A stretch of 64,000 bases of DNA. Origin: Vicugna vicugna (lineage: Eukaryota). Positions 1-11,885 of this stretch are shown here, piece after piece (the stretch's first letter is position 1; each line of letters starts with the position of its first letter). The translations under genes and the position numbers were made by a program. The DNA lies in NCBI GenBank assembly GCA_013265495.1, contig MU057744.1, forward strand, positions 3,051,370 through 3,115,369, written 5' to 3'. The notes beneath the pieces were generated by a model. It saw only the letters and a program-made list of their open reading frames with translations. It made no database searches and was not told where the DNA came from.

Positions 1-159
1 AGGGAAGGATAGACAGATTAAAATTTGGGAGAAAATGTGCCCTTTAAGCAGAGCGTGTGACAGCACATTATTTCATGCATGTATGTAAGACTGTCTCCTG
101 AACAGTGAGATGTATGAAGGAGCAGAAATAGGTTTTCTAATTAAAACAAACCAAACCAA

Positions 160-441
160 ACCCTATGGTTACCAAAGGCAAAAGGGGTGGGAAGGGATAA
201 ACTGGGAATTTGGGATTAGCAGATACAAAGTACTGTATGTAAAATAGATAAACAGCAAGGTTCTACTGTATATATAGCACAGGGAACTATATTCAATATG
301 TTACAGCAACCTATAATGGAAGCGAATATGAAAAGGAATATATGTATGTATGTATGTGTGTGTGTGTGTAGCTTAATCACTGTGCTATACACCTGAAACC
401 GACACAGCATTCTAAATCAGCTATGCTTCAATGTAAAACAA
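160..441 (+). mobile_element. L1 3' end (artiodactyl-type), 5'-truncated, with an internal (TATG)n/(TG)n microsatellite
   Basis: Typical L1 3' UTR text: GGTTACCAAAGG...GGGATAAACTGGGAATTTGGGATTAGCAGATACAAA...TATAGCACAGGGAACTATATTCAATAT...TCACTGTGCTATACACCTGAAAC...CTTCAAT, then an A-rich end. Confidence 0.9.
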
Positions 442-485
442 CAGTTCACATGAACTGCAAATGAGAAAAAAGATGTTTACAGTGG

Positions 486-494
486 AATTACCTG
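486..494 (-). other. Candidate 5' splice donor (CAG|GTAATT; exon ends at 492) of a leftward, minus-strand first exon
   Basis: Donor-like motif located exactly where the CpG island ends on the left. Confidence 0.45.
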
Positions 495-1800
495 GACGTC
501 GCCCCCCCAGCCGGATGATGAGTCCACACCCACACTTCGCTGCGTCCAGCACACGAAGAGGACGCCCGGCGCTCAGGGAATTCAGGGCCTGCCCGGAACG
601 GGAGGGGACCTCGGATGGGCCCCGCCCGGGCCGGATCCCGCCCGCGCTCCTCCACTTGCCCAGGAACCAGCAGGGAAGGCGGGGGACTCCTCCGGATGAG
701 ACGTGAGCTGAGAGCCGTGACGGCAAAATGCCGTGTGATCTTGGCCAGGTCTTGGGCTGTGGAGGGGGAGCTGCTATTTGGAACCAAAGAGCCACAAGAA
801 GACATCATCCAGGCGCGGCTGCAGCCGCCAGGTAGACCTCGTGGGCCTGGAGGCCTCGAGCACTGCTCACGGCCTCGGGTCACGTCGGGTGCCGTTTCCG
901 GAGCCTGCCCGCACCTCGACCGCAGGCGAAGCATCCGGGCGCTGCCCGGCCGAGTGCGCAGCGCGTGCGCATGGGCAGCACGCCGGCCTCCTGTGCGCGT
1001 GCGCGAGCCCGGGTCGGCCTGCGCAGGGGCTGCTGGGAGCGGTCTGGAGGCGCTGGCCTCTGTCGAAAGCGGCGGAAGGCTCCAGAGCTGAGGCACGTTG
1101 TGGCCGCCGCCGCCTGCTGCCCAGTATCCGAAATAACGCGCCTCAGTGACTCCACCTGGGTCCGTGACGTGCGCACGTTCCCTCTGGGTCGTGCGTCAGA
1201 GGGGAGGGCGCTGTGGCTGCCCACTGCTGACTGCTGACGGGCGTCCAGCTGGGACGCCACTGTCTTTGGAAGCTTCAGACTCAACAACATAAACACGCTT
1301 AAGACCCTGTAGTGGCAGCCGAAGGGAACAGGCGAGCCGGAGGCTGGGGACCGGTGTCTGGGGAAGGTTCCGGAACGAGCGGAGGAGCAGCGGCGCTGGG
1401 GAGGCGGCCCGGCACAGCCGCGCGGCGCTGACGCGGCCCGCCGAGTCCCCGCGTGGAGGGCCGACGCCTCACGTTTCAGCGACGAACAGTGGCGGGGATC
1501 TCAGCGGGAAACGATCTGCAAAGCCGGGCGTCAGGCCCGTGGGCCCGTGCTGAGCGTCAGGGTGACGGGCGCGCGAAACTTGGAGGGGGCTGCATGCGAG
1601 TCCGTAACCGCCGAGCGCGCCCCGCTGAGAGCCCCCGGCGGGCCCCCCGCGTGCCCGCGCAGAGGCTGCCAGGGGCTCCGAGTCTCGGCGCGCGGTCCGT
1701 GCCTTGGCGTGGGCGGAGGACGACCGCGGACGCGCGTGGTGGAGCCTGACGGTGAGTGTAGGAGCCGGCTCCGTTGGCAAGTCGGTATCTTACTGTAAGG
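490..1800. promoter_or_regulatory. CpG island, probable bidirectional promoter
   Basis: Very high GC and CpG density against CpG-depleted flanks. NRF1-like GCGCGTGCGCA/TGCGCGTGCGC motifs (~955-1005), several CRE half-sites TGACG/CGTCA (e.g. ~1165, 1193, 1235, 1429, 1563) and ETS CCGGAA (~593, ~1370). Confidence 0.9.
1749..1757 (+). other. Candidate 5' splice donor (ACG|GTGAGT; exon ends at 1751) of a rightward, plus-strand first exon
   Basis: Near-consensus GTGAGT donor at the right edge of the CpG island, followed by a drop in GC content. Confidence 0.65.
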
Positions 1801-2254
1801 GCCTAAAAGCTCTGAGGATGTTTTTAAAAAATTCAAATTTTAACCCATTGTTTCTTTGAAGAAAAAATGCGCTACACTACATGTCATTCAGCGTATCTGG
1901 GACGAAAAGCTCGCCGTGCATCTGTGTCCTCGCTCCAAAGTGGGAAGTTCGTCAGACGCTGCCGGGTTACCAAGCTGAGAGCTTTCAGTGGAGCCCCAGT
2001 CACCAGGTCTTGCTTGAGGGGCCTTTCTTTCATATCTAATGTATTTTAAGTCCGTTTCATTTCTTTTTTCCCTTGAGCCCTGTGTTTCTAGAACCCCAGG
2101 CTCACACATTGAGTATGGCATTTGCCTTGTAAGAACACTTTCATACTATTTGTCAACTAAATTCTCAGGCTTCTTATGTTGCCCTTGGCTTTTGCTTGGG
2201 CCTAAGAAACCTATCCTATTGGGAAGATTTTTTTTTCCTATCCCTACCTTTTTA

Positions 2255-2409
2255 AAAAGAGTTTTATGTTTTATTTATCTTTGTATTATTACTTTATTTT
2301 GGTGGGGGAGTAATTGGGTTTATTTATTTTTGGAGGCGGTACTGGGAATTGAACTCGGGACTTCGTATACACTAAGCATGTGCTCTACCACTTGCGCTAT
2401 ACCCTCCCC
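2255..2409 (-). mobile_element. Camelid-type tRNA-derived SINE
   Basis: Reverse strand reads GGGGAGGGTATAGCGCAAGTGGTAGAGCACATGCTTAG...GAGTTCAATTCCCAGTACC (A and B boxes), then AAATAAATAAACCCAATTACTCCCCC and an A-rich tail. Confidence 0.9.
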
Positions 2410-5400
2410 ACCTGCATGGGTTTTCTTGTTTGGCAGTCTCAGCAGATTCCTGGCCTGGACCTGGTGTTGATACTTCTGAGACTTGTTGCCTAGAATCAAG
2501 GCATCAGCGTCACGGAAGTTAGTGACTACTGAGGGCAGGACCCTTGGTTAGGCCTGGGTAAAAGCCAGGGCTGTGAAAGAGGCCTTCACCTGGGCCTTTG
2601 GGTACCTTTGCAGCTTGACCTTGAACCGGAGAGATGCAGCCTCGCCTGGAATTGCTGGTGAGGCTGAGGAAGATGAGGGATCTTAATGTGAGCCGGTGAA
2701 CAACATACACTTTTTCAAGCTACAAGTTGCTGCGTGTGTGAAAAAGCATGCTTTAGGTTCCATCGGTGCATTGCTGTTCCCAAGCCTAGCAGGCATCTGA
2801 AGTCTCTTGTTCTGCGTTTCAGGCCCAGGAGGCAGGAATAACGTTGGGTTTATATGACTTCCCTCATGGTTTCAAGTTTGCTTTGATTGGATCCGTTACC
2901 TGAATTCTAACCTTGGCTTTGGTTTTCCAATTCCCAAAATGTACAGAGGACAGCATGGCTTGAGTCACCCACCATTCTATCTCAATGATTTATTCCTGGT
3001 TCTGACTGGGGGACTCGGTTACCAGAATTCTCTTGGCTAAAGCCATTCTTTTTCTGTGGCAGACAATCTCTGTTGAGATGCAGAATGTAGCTTCAGAATG
3101 AATACTTACGAGCTGTGACTGAGGGAGAGGGGCAGCTCTGTAAAGAGTGCATCCCACTATCTGGCCCCAGCGGTCACTGGTGGGGCTGGCAGCTGGTATT
3201 CTAATATCCATCAGGATGTTGGATGCTAATGGAATTCAGCAGATAACTGCCAGGAGGTCTGTAATCTTGTGGTTGGCCTCACTGTATGAATGCTCAGCTT
3301 AAGAGCAATCTGTGCTTGTGCACGCGTGGTGGGGGACTTCCTGTCTGAAGCCTTTATGAGGCCTTGTGCTTTAGGATCATTGCTCGCTTTGTATTTCTTA
3401 ATAATCTGCTTGGTATCAATTTATAGCCTAAAACCTACTTCCTCTAATATATAAGTAGAAAGGCCCTTCTTTTATTTGCATTTTAAATTATATTTTCCTT
3501 GCTTAAATGGGGAAGTCAGAGAGGGGCCTGGCGTAGAGACAGCGGCATGAAATGATGCGCTGAAGTACTGAATACCAAAGCAAGACTTGCTGCTGTTTTG
3601 AGCTCTGAGGTTGTCCTCTTTCTGCCCTAAGAGCGAGTATCCTGTCGCCCCAAGTGTTTACTGAAGTCTTCCTTCCTTAGTCAAGAGGAGCTGAAACATC
3701 AGCACCGAGGAATGCTTGCAGCATTTGTCTTTAACTCTGCTCTGACATTAATGGAAGTGCTGTCACTTCTGAAGATGAAAAAGCATTTGTTAAATTTGTA
3801 AATATTTTGACTCCAAAACTCACGTGAGGCATCTGTATACGCAAGGTACTAGGAAGCCATCATCTTTTTGAAAATACCCACTTGAGGTAACTGATTTCCA
3901 AGTCATAAATCATTTCCCTTCAAGACAAAACTAGGAAAGTATCAAAAGACACTCATGAAGACAGCCTTCTAAAAGTCTAGACTGGTAACGTGAAAAGAGG
4001 AAACCCCAACCTTGATATTTTCCGTGTTCTTTTGGCTGCCCTCCTTCCTCCTGTGCTTCCAGGAAACCAAGGCTTTTTCAGGTTTTGGAATCAAGAGTGT
4101 CCTGGCTTCTCAAATACTTGAAAGTAATTATGCATTCTAGCAGACAGCTTGGAAGTTGTAAGGGAGCCATTTCCATCTCAGTCTAAATGCATATCTTGCC
4201 TCTGTTGATGTATTCTGGTAGAAAGCTTCAGAATTCCCATAGTGGCTCCTGTCAGGTCTTAAGATAGTAATTCAGCTTGCTTTTCTTTCTTTGGTTTTCT
4301 TTCATTTATTAGGCTTCAGTGGTGACTTTTAAGTTTGCTTTACTTGGGTTCCATCTCTGGTACCCCTAGCATATTTCAGATGGCTGAGGTAGTCATAGAT
4401 TGCTAATTTTGTTACATTTTGGTTAAGTACCCCTTTAGTACTCTGCCACTTTAGGTATCTTTTGGTCTAGTAACAATTACCTTTCTTTATTTCTAGCATC
4501 CAGAAGTTAACCTGGTGCATTGACACTAATAATGGGTCTGTTTAACATTAAGGTTCAGAAATTAATTTTGTTTGTTCCCTAACTTTACCTGCTGCTGTCA
4601 TTTGAGAATGTTTAGTTCAGTAGCTCTCTGATACGGAATTGTGTTTTGAAGGGTGACTTAATTCGGCTCCCAGAGTCCACCACCCCAGGTCACATCCTAA
4701 CTCCTTGGATGCTCAGGGTCTGTGATGTTCCACTAAATTCTGTATTTATGCAGAGTTTTACTCCCAGGAATCTTTCTTTTATTAATAAAAGAATGAGATA
4801 GAATGAGATTTGATTGCTACATTTGCTCACCCACTGCTATTTGGCTGTGAAATTCCTTTGATAAGAATTGCAGCTTTTATAAAATGCAGGTGATGATAGC
4901 AATTTTGGGAGATTGTGAAAAGAAAACAGATATGCACGTAAGGCACTTATCACAGTGTTGTGCACACAGGTAGGCACATGGGTAACACTGATGATGATTT
5001 TACTCCTGCTAAGAAGGGACAGGGAGAAGCAAGGGCAGCGAGGCAGGGGAGAAGCAGCAGGAGGAGCAAACAGGAAGATAAAAGCAGGAGCATGTAATGG
5101 CTAAAATGAGCTTGTGCCGTGTGGGGAGGGTTTTCCCAGTATCTCCGCTGTAATTTACACAGTTCTCATCTTCAGTGCAATTATAAAGCATGATGAGAGA
5201 CTCTGAAGATTTTTTGTCCTCTTTTTTATTTTTCAGGAGATGCCCATAGGAACTGCTTCCCACTTTCTCATTGTTGGCTTTGTCCTAACTTTAGACCTTC
5301 TCTCTACATTAGCTCATCTCCCCCACGCCACTCCATCAGACAGCTCTGACTCTTGAGAGCACTTTATCCACAGCTTGTCCAATGTTGTTTCATCCCAATT

Positions 5401-7239
5401 AGATAGTATTGGCGTTAGATTTTAAATTTAAATAGAATTAGAGGCCACTGTGTTTTGTAAACTACATATGAAAAAATCCACTGACTATGTGTAGTTAATT
5501 TAACTTACCTTAGTTAAAATTAAGAGAAAAGAGTAACTAGAACATTATGAGAGCAAACGAAGAATAAACATAGCAGTTAATCTCCAGTCAACTATTCTTT
5601 AAGCTCTAATAGCCAACAAATGTAAACATTGAAATGACAGTTGCCTCAGTTCAAATACAAACGCACGTAGAATCTCCCTGATAGCAACATAACGCAAGCT
5701 TAGAAATATACCTCCTGCTTTGCTTCTTCCTGACCCTTTTTCACCAAGACTGATTCTTTTTGATTTATTATCTCCTACTTTACCACTGTGGCTATCAAAT
5801 ACAGTTACTAAAAAGGGTTAAGACTCGTGAAAAATAACTTTAGAGTCTTGGCAAAGAAAGAAAAAATGCTCTTCAAATAACCCTTCCAGTCATGGAAAAC
5901 CTAGCTCAAATGTGTATTTTCATTCAGAATATCACTTTTAGCCTGGGTTCTAACCGTTAGTTTACTCAGACCATGAATGTGTCAGGCGTGAAGCGCTGGG
6001 TGTAACCATTGTGTGGAGAAAAGCCACCCATTCCCACAGAAGGAGGTGCTTTGGATCTCCTGGTAACTAGGTTTCGTAGCTGTGCAATCAAGGTCACTTT
6101 CCTGCACCTTCTTTGAAAGAAGCTGCTTTTGATCAAGCAGAATTCTTTCAAAAAATTTTTGTGCCTTTGTTCTGTTACAATACATGAGAATAAAAGAACA
6201 TTAGTTGCTTGTGAGTGAGTGAACCTGATTAGAACTGCCTTCAGAGGAAAGTCTGGAGCTAAGATGAGCTGTGAGCTGGCTGTCCTCTGGCAGAGTTGCC
6301 CTCAGACAGCTGCCAGAACACAAATCAACACATCTTTGCGTCTCAACCGTGGCTCTTGTCAAACATTTTCACCCTTTGTTGGCCAGTAACTTTTGACACT
6401 ATTTTTGAGGTTCTGCTGAAGTAGCTCTCTCTCTCGTGTGTGTATGTGTATGTGTGTATGATATATATAGAACCTTTGTGTATCAGTGTTAGCATCGTAT
6501 GTTGATTGCTTATGCTAATTGGGAAACATTAAGGTTAAATCTATTTTAAGTAGAGTAGCTGATTTAAATGACTCCATTTCAAAGGACACTTCAATAATTC
6601 TTGTTTTTTAAATCTGCCTCTGAATGTTTCCATTCCCTATAGCAAAATAAATAAATGTACAAACAGCTCTTACTGAAACAACAGTGATATATTATTTTGT
6701 TGAGAGAAAAAATGAGATTTCAAATGTGGAAAGGGTCTAGGATGTTACCACTGCTTTTAGAAATGTATATACATTACCTGTTTTTTTTTTGAACAAGTTT
6801 GAATTCAGTGAAATTTGCACTTTCTCAAATAAATTGATGAATTTCAAATATGTTTCTTGCAATCACACAGTCTTAATGTACTTATCACACTACCTTCTAA
6901 GTTTTGTTAATCTACCTTACATGAATTTGCCTGTAATTTTAATGAGCCTATGTGTAACATTTTGTATTCTGCATTTATGTATACATTTTCCTGTATTAGC
7001 ATAAATTTCATACTTACTATAGTAACGATGCATAATACAAATTTGACAATATAACATCCCATAGGGTTGAACTGGTTCCCTTTTGTTCAGTTGTGATATT
7101 AATAATAGCAGTAATAATGACTACTGTTCATCAACTTTTTACACAGTAAGTATCCTGTTAACATCTTTTTTACAAAGTAGAGACCAAGCTTAGTTTGTTA
7201 TGTGGAAACACCTAGACTTTAGAATTTTATATATTTGGG

Positions 7240-7375
7240 TCTCTACTATCTGCGTGATGTTAGTCAAGAAAAAATTCCCTTCAATATTCTCCTCTGGAAA
7301 AAAATAAGAGTAATAATAGCTGGCTTGTAGGCTGTACCTACCACTGTCTGGCACATGGTAGGTGTTTAAGATGTG
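7240..7375 (+). mobile_element. MIR fragment
   Basis: Degraded MIR core and tail (…GTAATAATAGC…TGTCTGGCACATGGTAGGTGTTTAA). Confidence 0.5.
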
Positions 7376-8264
7376 CGGGAAGGGAAGACTGTTGTTGGTA
7401 AGTACTTCCAAAGATGATGTAACCAGGTGCATAAAATGAAGAGATACTATTTTGTGTATATTTCCAAATGGATTGCCAGAGTAATTAAGTGGTCAGTATC
7501 ACCAACAATGTGCTAAGTGGTTATTTTTTGTATGTCAAATTCTCGCCAAGTGTGTCTTTCCATCATTCTTCTTTTTTGTTCTTTAGTTATTCATTCAAAA
7601 ATAACAGAGCCTGTCGTGCACTGAGCATTTCTGAAGTCACTGACTCCAGGTTGCAACTGACATGAGGGTGGTGCTCTCTGACATTCAAAAGGCGTCAAAA
7701 GATTCGGTCAACATCTAGGCCAGTGAATGGGCAGAAGTGTGTGTGGAGTGTGTGTGCTTGTTTACATGTGTCTTCCCAAGAAGACCATAGTTGGTCATCT
7801 TGATATATCACGCATGTGAATAAGATACGGTCTCCTGCGAAAGACATATGTAAATAAATAATGACAGTATGAATCATAAAAATAGATTTATGGATAAAAT
7901 GTTATGGGCTTATATTTCTGCCTAGTGGATTAAAGATGGCTACAGAATCCAGTTCTGAATTAAGAAAATTTCTGAAGTGAAGGCCAACTTGGCAGTTACA
8001 TAGAGAAGGGCCCAAAGTTAAAAGACGCAGTGCACCCCTAGAAAGCAAGATGCAGGGTCTGGTGTGACAGTGCCGAAGGCCCCTGTGTGTCTGGCCACCC
8101 TCGTCCTGTAGCTGCAGTGACTGTGGTGGACGGTTAGTGTTGGAACAGGACGGTGAGAGAGTGAGCAGGGCCAGACCTGACAGAGCACAGGAACCTGGTA
8201 AGTGCCCTGTACCTTCCATGTGACAGGGACAAAATGCATATTTTGCTCCACAGCATTCAGAATA

Positions 8265-8365
8265 ACCCCATTTAAGAGGTGATGGGAATGAGGCTTTGCA
8301 TATAAAGGAACTTGCCCAAGGTCATACAGCAAGAAAATGGTGCAGCTGATATTCAGACCCAGTCT
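8265..8365 (-). mobile_element. MIR fragment
   Basis: CCCCATTTAAGAGGTGATGGGAATGAGGC…AACTTGCCCAAGGTCATACAGCAAG…ATTCAGACCCAG resembles the MIR core on the reverse strand. Confidence 0.75.
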
Positions 8366-9165
8366 TTGAGATCAGAACCCCTCTTCTCTTCACCAAAATG
8401 CAATTCATATCTAAATGGGAAACCACTTAAGTGTCTTTTCATTTATTTGGGTTTAATTAACTTCTCTGAAGAGAAATCTTTGGGATTTTATTCTGTGTTT
8501 ACTCAAACTTTATCAAAAGCACAAAGCAGATGTTCTATAAAACTTACTTCAACTTTCTTTGGTATCTTTCAAGCACCAATACTTCCTCTTCATCTATGGT
8601 TTCCTTGTGTTATGTAGCAGATTCTTTTTTATATAATCTTCGTGCTTTGTTTTGTTCTACTTCGTAACCCGTTTAGCCATCCTTAGGTGCAACCTGACCC
8701 ACTGGTGCCCTTATATAGGCTAGAAGGAGTATCTTTTAAACCTGCTTGGGGTTTCTCTGTTTGCTCGTATAATCTTCTTTTTCAGGTCTTTATCAGGAAA
8801 GCTGGTCACCTAAGTTACCTGTCATTCTGGTGGCAGGCACATATGGGGAGGGAATGAGACCTGGAGATTTCCTTCATGAGAATTTCATCCTGCCATATTG
8901 AAAAATGACACTTACCCTGGTGGCCAACTGTCTTTGTCCATCCTCACTGGCCCAGCCTGTGCCAAGCAGAGTGTTGCTAAATCCTTCTGGTGCTTCCTCC
9001 AGGGGAAAGTCCCACTGCCCCCAGAATAAGCCCTGCTGTACTCATTACATTGTCCCTGGGTCTGTGTAGGGAAGTGGATTCCCACCGCCTGCTTCCAGTC
9101 TGCCCTAAAGCACCCCCTCTCTCTAATATCATCCCCTCCAAATTGAGAACTAACAGTTCTCCAGA

Positions 9166-9405
9166 CAAGAAATCAGCCAATGATTTCTGTAAAGGGCCAC
9201 ATAATAAATATATTTTAGACTTTGCAAGTTATACTGTTTCTTTCGCAACCTCTCAACTCTACTCTTGTAGCAGGACAGCAGCCAGAAATGAATGGCTGTG
9301 GCTGTATTCCAATAAAACTTTATAGACTCTGAAATTTGAACCTCAAATAATTTACAATTATATGATTCTTTTGACTTTTTCCAGCGATTTAAAATTGTGA
9401 AAACC
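9166..9405 (+). mobile_element. MER58B (hAT-Charlie MITE), left part
   Basis: TTCTGTAAAGGGCCACATAATAAATATATTTTAGACTTTGC…CTCAACTCTAC…GGCTGTATTCCAATAAAACTTTAT…CTGAAATTTGAA…TTTAAAATTGTGAAAACC follows the MER58B consensus as recalled. Confidence 0.85.
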
Positions 9406-9521
9406 GAGGAGGGAGAGTGTCACTCAGTGGTAGAGCCCATGCTTAGCATGCATGAGGTCCTGGGTTCAACCCTCAGTCCCTCCATTACAGAAATAAATAA
9501 ATAAACCCAATTGCTTCCACC
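9406..9521 (+). mobile_element. Camelid-type tRNA-derived SINE (5' part of a chimeric insertion)
   Basis: CACTCAGTGGTAGAGCCCATGCTTAGCATGCATGAGGTCCTGGGTTCAACCCTCAG…AAATAAATAAATAAACCCAATTGCTTCCACC; homologous to the copy at 2255-2409. Confidence 0.9.
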
Positions 9522-9802
9522 TGAAACAGTCAAGTCCAGTGACTCCAGCACCCCCTGCTGAAGATGGAGTTTCAAAGTCTCAGAATCTACAAGTGAGAAA
9601 AAGGAAAATCCACCAAGTGCGGAACTGGGATGCTGACAGGACATTCCAAAGACTACTTGTCTGAAAACCAGGGGAGAAGCTCACTGAGAAGGGAGTAATT
9701 GTGCAGATTCGAGGAAACTCTCCTAGTGTCATGTTCGTATTACTGAAGGAGACAGCATTAAAGTTGATGAAATGTCAAAAACAAACAAACAGACAGACAA
9801 AC
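9522..9802 (+). pseudogene. Unidentified retroposed or transduced segment with a poly(A) signal and decayed A-tail
   Basis: ~255 bp not recognisable as a repeat, ATTAAA at 9757-9762, A-rich tail from 9777 (AAAAACAAACAAACAGACAGACAAAC); lies inside the same TSD pair as the SINE. Confidence 0.6.
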
Positions 9803-9871
9803 AGAAGTGTAAGAGCCATTCTTAGCTTGCAGGCTGCCCAAGCAGAGGGCCACAGTTTGCCAGCCCCTCTG
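9803..9871 (+). mobile_element. MER58B, right part
   Basis: TGTAAGAGCCATTCTTAGCTTGCAGGCTG…GGGCCACAGTTTGCCAGCCCCT resumes the consensus where the left part stopped and ends in the terminal inverted repeat. Confidence 0.8.
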
Positions 9872-10399
9872 CCCCACCCAGGCAGGGTGTGAGGCCCTCT
9901 CTTCCCTGGGGCACACCAGGGTCTTATCAGGGTCTCCCATCTGGCTGGAGCAGCATTTCCTGATTCCTTGTGATAGAGCCGTTTCTACCTGGAGTCTTTG
10001 CATTTCAATTTTCTCCTCTGTTGGTGGGTCCTTCCCCCTGGGGATCTGGCCTTAGGAAAGGTGGTTAGGTTTTGTTAGCCAGTATGTATCTGATCTAGTA
10101 GTGAAGATGGATTTTATTCATCTCTGCTCTGTCTGGAAAATGTGTTATTTTACCTTTTGCTCTTCTCCAGGATCCTCTTCAATTGAACTAAGTTAAACTG
10201 ACTACTGACCAGTTTGTAATCTTTGATTGAATATATTTGAACTTCATTTACATGATTTTTAGATTATTCTTTCTACTTTTTCCTCTTGAGATTGTGTTGC
10301 AAGCAGGAAGATAACTTTGGCCAGTAAATGAAAGGATTGACAAAACAAAGTGTGAATTGAGACAAAAAATATATGCCCAATCCTACTTTTGTTTTGGCT

Positions 10400-10540
10400 G
10401 TTTATTCATTTATTTACTCAGCGAATATTTGTATGTGCCAGGTACTGTATCCCAAAACAAGATCTCACTTTATATATTCACAAGCAAGGGTGAGGAGAAT
10501 ACCATGCTTGTCTTCTAGGGAACTACAGGGGAGACAGAAA
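10400..10540 (-). mobile_element. L2 3' fragment
   Basis: TTTATTCATTTATTTACTCAGCGAATATTTG TATGTGCCAGGTACTG resembles the reverse complement of the L2 3' terminus. Confidence 0.6.
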
Positions 10541-11140
10541 TACGTCTTTATATAATCCTCTTGACATCTGTTGTTCCTGTTGCAAGTCACATGGAGCACA
10601 AGTAAGCATGTGAAGAGGTGTGCGCTCTGCACACCCCACCTGACACGGATACACGTCCATGTGCGCAGACGGTAGAGCAGGACTCTGGGTCAGTTCTGCT
10701 CTGAGCCTTAAATGTTGTAAAGTGAGAGATTACCTACATCGCAGTTTTGTTGTCAAGACTAAATGAAATTTAATGCTATAATGCTCAGCACATAGCAGCC
10801 CCCCCCAAATTACATCAGAGTAAGTTAAATTTTTTTGTTTAGTTTTTTATTGATAAATGAATAGCCTTCCAGTAACATGAAACCAGTTTACTACTACATT
10901 TTTACTTTTTAATGGCTACATAATCAGTAACCACTAAATTTATTACTTCTTTACTGACTACACAGATGTTTCTGTGGCTGTACTGCTCAGTATATAGAAA
11001 ACAGAGGTGTGTAAATAAAAGCCTTTCCATTGGATTGGTTCTCTGACTTTTTTTGTAATGCTGCAGGTTAGAAAGATACTCTCGTGCAATTGCTATGAAA
11101 CGATGTTTGTTGACTGACCGTCATCTCTGTGTCTGTTTAG

Positions 11141-11248
11141 ATCTGAACCTGATGGCACTCACTGCACTGACCAGTTGCTCGGTGGCCTGCGGGCTGGCTG
11201 ACCTGTGCCCGCTCCCGTCATGACGTGCACCATTACGGCTCCTCACTA
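11141..11248 (+). other. Candidate internal exon (108 nt), probably 5' UTR or non-coding
   Basis: Branch-like CTGAC at 11114-11118, pyrimidine-rich tract, TTTAG acceptor ending at 11140, GC-rich body in AT-rich surroundings, donor CTA|GTAGGT. Confidence 0.4.
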
Positions 11249-11719
11249 GTAGGTGTTCTCTCTTCAATACCATTTATGTGGTTGTATGTTGAGAATTTCA
11301 CGGAATGTGCACTTATACTGAAAACGTGTTTGTGTTGCTGTTACGAAATATGGCTAGACCAGTCTGAGTACCAACCAATTGCAAGATGAAAGAGTACGTT
11401 TAGATGTATCCATTATGTATGTATGTGCATATTAATATGGTAATACATGTATGTCTGTATAGGAAGAACTTAGAGGTATAGCATTGTACCTCTCTTTTAA
11501 CAGAATAAGAAAAGTCCCTGGAAAATTCACTGTCTTTTGGTTCTTTAACATCATATAAAACTGGCAATGTAAGCCTGAAATTTTGACTTAGTTTAATGTT
11601 TTGGAACAGTTCAGTTTTATTGTAGTTTTACCTAGCGGGGTATCTGATACACTTCCACCTACAGGAGTATCCTAGGGTAATTGACATGGGATGCTTATGG
11701 TGTCATTGAAAGGTATTAT

Positions 11720-11885
11720 ACTCAGTGGCAGAGATCTTAATTTTAGTTCCAGCTCCAACATTAAGGGACCTGACTAGTCCCCTGAATCTCTAGGCCTCAG
11801 TTTCAATCATCTGCAGATGAGAAGAAGAATTTCTGTTTTACCTAATTCACAAGATGACTTTAAAGGACAAATGAGGTAATGAAAT
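11720..11885 (+). mobile_element. MIR
   Basis: CTGAATCTCTAGGCCTCAGTTTCAATCATCTGCAGATGAGAAG…TACCTAATTCACAAG…AAATGAGGTAAT. Confidence 0.7.

Noticed and set aside
421..1836. Many overlapping 80-200 aa ORFs on both strands in the CpG island
   Set aside because: Stop codons are rare in very GC-rich DNA. The translations are R/G/P/A-rich with no recognisable protein, and many begin at non-ATG codons. A short coding part in a first exon cannot be excluded.
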